21,014 nt of DNA from Candidatus Heimdallarchaeota archaeon. GTDB taxonomy: Archaea; Asgardarchaeota; Heimdallarchaeia; Heimdallarchaeales; Heimdallarchaeaceae. Both the position numbers and the translations under genes were made by a program. The notes below the pieces were generated by a model that saw nothing but the letters and a program-made list of their open reading frames with translations, had not been told where the DNA came from and made no database searches. The stretch spans positions 1 through 21,014 of the forward strand of contig JAEOTE010000155.1 in assembly GCA_016839945.1 (NCBI GenBank), given 5' to 3'. Each line of letters opens with the position of its first letter. Position 1 is the first letter of the stretch. This document shows positions 17,381 to 21,014 of the stretch, one piece after another.

Positions 17381-20173
17381 TTATCTTCTTAAGACGCATA
17401 ATTTGATTTCCAATGGTTTAAAATTTATATTAACATTAGAATCTTTTATAGAAACACTTTCTTCTATAGAACCATCGATTCTTATACAATCAAATGATGA
17501 AATTTCGTTATTTAGAAATATATCTGTATTTTGAGCTTCATTATCCAAATTATAAAGTGTAGCTAGTATTTTATCCTCTTTGACTCTAAGAGAAGAAATC
17601 CTTATCCAAGGATTTGTTACTACTACAATTGGTTTAAGCATTTCTTTAACTATGGATGCTTTAGAAAATTCAATACTTCTAGGTGTAAGAGAAAAAGATT
17701 CTGCTTGATCTGAGATAACACTCATGGGGACTTTATCTTCATGAATAAACAAACTGTAATCGAAGTTATATGTTTGATACATTTCTTGGGCTCCAGGAGT
17801 TTCTAAGAATGGACCTGCATGCATTGGTCTTTCAGGAAAATCAGATCTTGAAAGATAACCAACTGAACGTAATAACGTTAATGCTAATCTTGAACCTTCA
17901 ACTAGTTCAACTTCAGGTAATCCTTTGTTTATCAAAGTAACTCCTATTGAACTTGTTGGGTCATCAATTCTAATGAAACGTTTTTGCGGTTGGATTCCTG
18001 ATGGAGCTTCAGAATAAGTTTCATCTCCTTCTGGATCACTTTTACGTTTTATGAAACCAAAATGAGTTGAAGTGAGAGTCTTTGTTGCTTTGAATGGAAG
18101 ATCAAAACAAATTCGAAGTCTATGATCTTTAGCTTTGTTTAGGATTGTTGTTGATATATCAATCCTATTCAAATCTCTATAGAAGCGGAAAGTTGTAGAA
18201 ATAGGTAACTTAACACTCTTCTTTCTCTTCTTTCGATTAGAGTTAAGCTCTTTATAGACTTTTAGAGAGCCAATCTGCTTAATTTCACTTACTATCTGAC
18301 CATTCAGCTTAGTTTTTCGTTTAACTCGCCTTAGAATTGCTTTTTCAGGCCCTAAACGACCAAATGTATATTCATCTCCCCTATCTCCATAATCTTCAAA
18401 TTTGTGAAGATTTGAAAATAATTGATTCGTTTTTTTATCTATAAGATCAAAAGTTCCATTTCTATTAAATATCAGCTTATAGAATTGATTCTCAACTTTG
18501 TTTTTTGTGACACTAAGTTTTTCCACATTTGTTATAATATCAAGATCTTCTTTTAGTGAGAAGTTAGTAAAACTCCATTTATCAAGATAAGCGACTGAAC
18601 AATATTTCTCCGAAAAACCTTTAGTCACTTTGACTTCGAATTTATTATATTTCTTATTCTGAACAAGTTCATCTGCTTTTTGTTTGAGAGCTTCAATATC
18701 AAAATCACCTATTGGTTTTTCATCACAAATAATTCTAATATTGCAGATATCAGATTTTTCCCCTTCAGAATAAGTCACTTCATTGATATAAACACCCATA
18801 ATATTTCTACCAGGAAGTAATTTCAATCCAGATTTAAGCATAAAAGGAGAGAAGCTACTCTCAAAAATTATATCCTCTGAAGAGGTGATTGGTTGAATAT
18901 CATACCTAACTCCGTCTGATGATTCTATCCCTTTAACAGCTAGTTCTTTAGGAATAGAAAAATCAAAATATACAGGTAAACTGGAACAATTGGAAGGATT
19001 AAAAACTGCCAAAGATGATTCTTCTGCTTCGACATTGTTATCTTTAATATGTTCAATAGCATCCTCAATCATACTATTAGCTATTGTTTCTGCCCAAGAA
19101 TATCGAGCTCTCATTTCTTCATGAGTCTTATCTATTGAACATCCACATATTGAATCATGTGGTTGATTATGCAAATGCCATCTCCAAGCATTTTTAAGAT
19201 AAATCGAAGGATAATTTCTATTCAGGTTTAACCAAGTGTAAGTATTGATTGGTTCAGCATAATGAACAAGCAAATCTTCTACTTTTTGATTCCATTGTTT
19301 GATCCACATTCGAGCTGAGTAAGTATCTTGTAGTAGGTGAGCTCTAGCTGAGGATCTGAATTCTCCAGTATATTCAGGAGGGATGTAATCACTGTTTTTC
19401 ATTGCAGAAAGTAATTCATCTACGTAATCATCAAGAAGTGAAATTTTGACTTCAGTTTCTCCTGAATTAATTTTCGGAACTAGTGAAATTAAATAGGTTT
19501 GAGGGAGCTGATGATCGGTGCCGTTCATAAGAAGATATACTGGTAAGGGAGAATATTGAGATAAATCCTTTATTCTTGTTGTAATAGCATCTTCAAGTTC
19601 ATTCAGTTCATCAGGGAGAGTTGCAGCATTTCCATATCCATATGGCATATAAATAGAAAATAATGATGATGATGAGTTTAGATCACTCTTCCAACTGAAA
19701 GGTACAGTTACAACCTCTAATCCTACTCCTCTCCATACAACAGCTGCTTTGAAATTAGTAAGATCTGTAATCAGCTGCGGAATCGCACGAGAATGACCAA
19801 ATTGATCTGGTAAATAAGCTATAGGCATTAAATTCAAATCGTATTCCTTAGCAAGGTCAAAACTAAATTCTAAATTGCGGATTAGGCTCTCTTGATTAAC
19901 AAGCCATTCATCAGGTAAAAGATACCATGGACCAACAGCTATTTTTCCTTCTCGAATACAATTTAGTAACTCCTCTTTCCTCTCTAGACGAATATCAAGA
20001 TAATCCTCAAGTATAACAGTTTGACCGTCTAACATGAAACGATAATCATTTTCAGAGAGAATATCCAATAAATAATCTATGAGTTTAACCAATTCATTTC
20101 TAAAAAACTCAAAAGGTTTGTACCACTCTCTATCCCAATGTGTATGAGGTACTATGAGTGCTTTTTCCTTCAT
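17381..20173 (-). CDS. Glycoside hydrolase family 38 alpha-mannosidase (MngB-like)
   Basis: HTHWDREWY Zn-binding motif, LDGQT, GPWY..PDEWL, nucleophile region YLPDQFGH, NG.DH, HDSICGCS.D, D.GDEY, TLLRSVG.LSR.D. Confidence 0.92.
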   Translation of the reverse strand: MKEKALIVPHTHWDREWYKPFEFFRNELVKLIDYLLDILSENDYRFMLDGQTVILEDYLDIRLERKEELLNCIREGKIAVGPWYLLPDEWLVNQESLIRNLEFSFDLAKEYDLNLMPIAYLPDQFGHSRAIPQLITDLTNFKAAVVWRGVGLEVVTVPFSWKSDLNSSSSLFSIYMPYGYGNAATLPDELNELEDAITTRIKDLSQYSPLPVYLLMNGTDHQLPQTYLISLVPKINSGETEVKISLLDDYVDELLSAMKNSDYIPPEYTGEFRSSARAHLLQDTYSARMWIKQWNQKVEDLLVHYAEPINTYTWLNLNRNYPSIYLKNAWRWHLHNQPHDSICGCSIDKTHEEMRARYSWAETIANSMIEDAIEHIKDNNVEAEESSLAVFNPSNCSSLPVYFDFSIPKELAVKGIESSDGVRYDIQPITSSEDIIFESSFSPFMLKSGLKLLPGRNIMGVYINEVTYSEGEKSDICNIRIICDEKPIGDFDIEALKQKADELVQNKKYNKFEVKVTKGFSEKYCSVAYLDKWSFTNFSLKEDLDIITNVEKLSVTKNKVENQFYKLIFNRNGTFDLIDKKTNQLFSNLHKFEDYGDRGDEYTFGRLGPEKAILRRVKRKTKLNGQIVSEIKQIGSLKVYKELNSNRKKRKKSVKLPISTTFRFYRDLNRIDISTTILNKAKDHRLRICFDLPFKATKTLTSTHFGFIKRKSDPEGDETYSEAPSGIQPQKRFIRIDDPTSSIGVTLINKGLPEVELVEGSRLALTLLRSVGYLSRSDFPERPMHAGPFLETPGAQEMYQTYNFDYSLFIHEDKVPMSVISDQAESFSLTPRSIEFSKASIVKEMLKPIVVVTNPWIRISSLRVKEDKILATLYNLDNEAQNTDIFLNNEISSFDCIRIDGSIEESVSIKDSNVNINFKPLEIKLCVLRR

Positions 20174-20256
20174 TTCTTTCTTTTGTTTTTTTAAGATAAA
20201 ATAAAGTTTCTCTTTAATACAGAGATAAAAAAAGGAAAATAGATTAAAAGATTGTT

Positions 20257-21014
20257 TTACAATGATTCTTCTGCTTCTTTCTTCTTCTTTGATAAAACTT
20301 CTTCTACAACTATTTCTATTCTCTTTTTGAATAGTTCAATTGCTTTGGATTGAGCTTCTAGATTAGAAGGTAATTTCTCTTCTATTCGTATTTTATACTT
20401 TTTAAGAAGGTCTTCTACAATTTTTTCTTTAATCTTAGCATCTTTGTCTTCCAAATCTTCAATAATTTCAGCTGTAACTTCTTTTACTCGTTCTAAATCA
20501 ACCTTTTCTACCATTAGTTCAACTTTTTCTTCAGCAATTACTTCAACAGTTTCTTCAGGTTCAGCTTCTACAGCATCTTTCTCTTCTTTGAGTGCTTTTT
20601 CAATTAGACCACTTATTTGTTCTTCTATCTTGGAAACTGCTTCATCTACAATCTTTTCAATGGCTTTTTCAGCTAAGCCCATTGCTTTTTCCTTAATAGA
20701 TTCTTTGACAGATAAAACCTCTTCAAGCTTTGGACCTATTTCATGCATTATGGTTTTCGTTATAGAATCTTTTAGTTTATCTAAACCCAATTCCTTGAAT
20801 GTTTCAATTGATAATTTACTAGGTTCAAGTTCTTCTAAAGTCTCTTTTATCTCTTCTTCAAGTTTATCAATAATCTTCTGAATTTCTTCTTTCTTTTCTT
20901 CCTCAGTTTCCTCTTCTTTTTTCTTTTTCTCTTCTTCTTGTTTACGCTTTTTCTTAGCTACAGTTTTGTATTTGTCTCTGACTAATTCTGTCATCTTCTC
21001 TGTAAAATTCTGAA
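20257..21014 (-). CDS. Glu/Lys-rich predicted coiled-coil protein, probably 5'-truncated by the window edge
   Basis: The frame stays open upstream of ATG 20994 to the window end (QNFTEK-M); very E/K-rich helical composition. Confidence 0.7.
   Translation of the reverse strand, partial: QNFTEKMTELVRDKYKTVAKKKRKQEEEKKKKEEETEEEKKEEIQKIIDKLEEEIKETLEELEPSKLSIETFKELGLDKLKDSITKTIMHEIGPKLEEVLSVKESIKEKAMGLAEKAIEKIVDEAVSKIEEQISGLIEKALKEEKDAVEAEPEETVEVIAEEKVELMVEKVDLERVKEVTAEIIEDLEDKDAKIKEKIVEDLLKKYKIRIEEKLPSNLEAQSKAIELFKKRIEIVVEEVLSKKKKEAEESL

Noticed and set aside
17381-20173. Assigning the symbol mngB and an operon with heliorhodopsin
   Set aside because: The GH38 family is clear, but substrate specificity cannot be read from motifs, and the gap contains terminator-like and TATA-like elements.
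10701-20881. Shadow ORFs 10701-11003, 13316-13525, 17349-17534, 20444-20881
   Set aside because: They are antisense to strong genes; the Ser/Phe richness simply mirrors Glu/Lys codons on the coding strand.

Overview
AT-rich, gene-dense archaeal window. TATA/BRE-type promoters, an archaeal-type PdxS, a group 3b hydrogenase, a heliorhodopsin and a PARP-type zinc finger together suggest an Asgard (Heimdallarchaeia-like) genome, but this is inference. Gene order: 3' part of a group 3b [NiFe] sulfhydrogenase operon (beta fragment, gamma, delta, alpha, maturation protease), a sulfotransferase, two MFS transporters, pdxST, a small secreted Cys/Asp/Arg-repeat protein, a hypothetical protein, a threonine-synthase-like protein fused to a winged helix, a small acidic ORF, an acyl-CoA ligase, a zf-PARP protein, a ferritin-like protein, a small membrane protein, a SAM methyltransferase, a heliorhodopsin, a GH38 glycosidase and a truncated Glu/Lys-rich coiled-coil gene. 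Best candidate for an undescribed system is a vitamin B6 regulatory circuit. The ThrC-like/wHTH fusion has lost its PLP Schiff-base lysine (NPTGTFRDR instead of NPTGSFKDR). It lies about 1.2 kb from pdxS, whose promoter carries two tandem 22-bp palindromes (TATACAAGT-N4-ACTTGTATA) between the TATA box and the RBS. No RNA genes, CRISPR arrays or mobile elements were seen.
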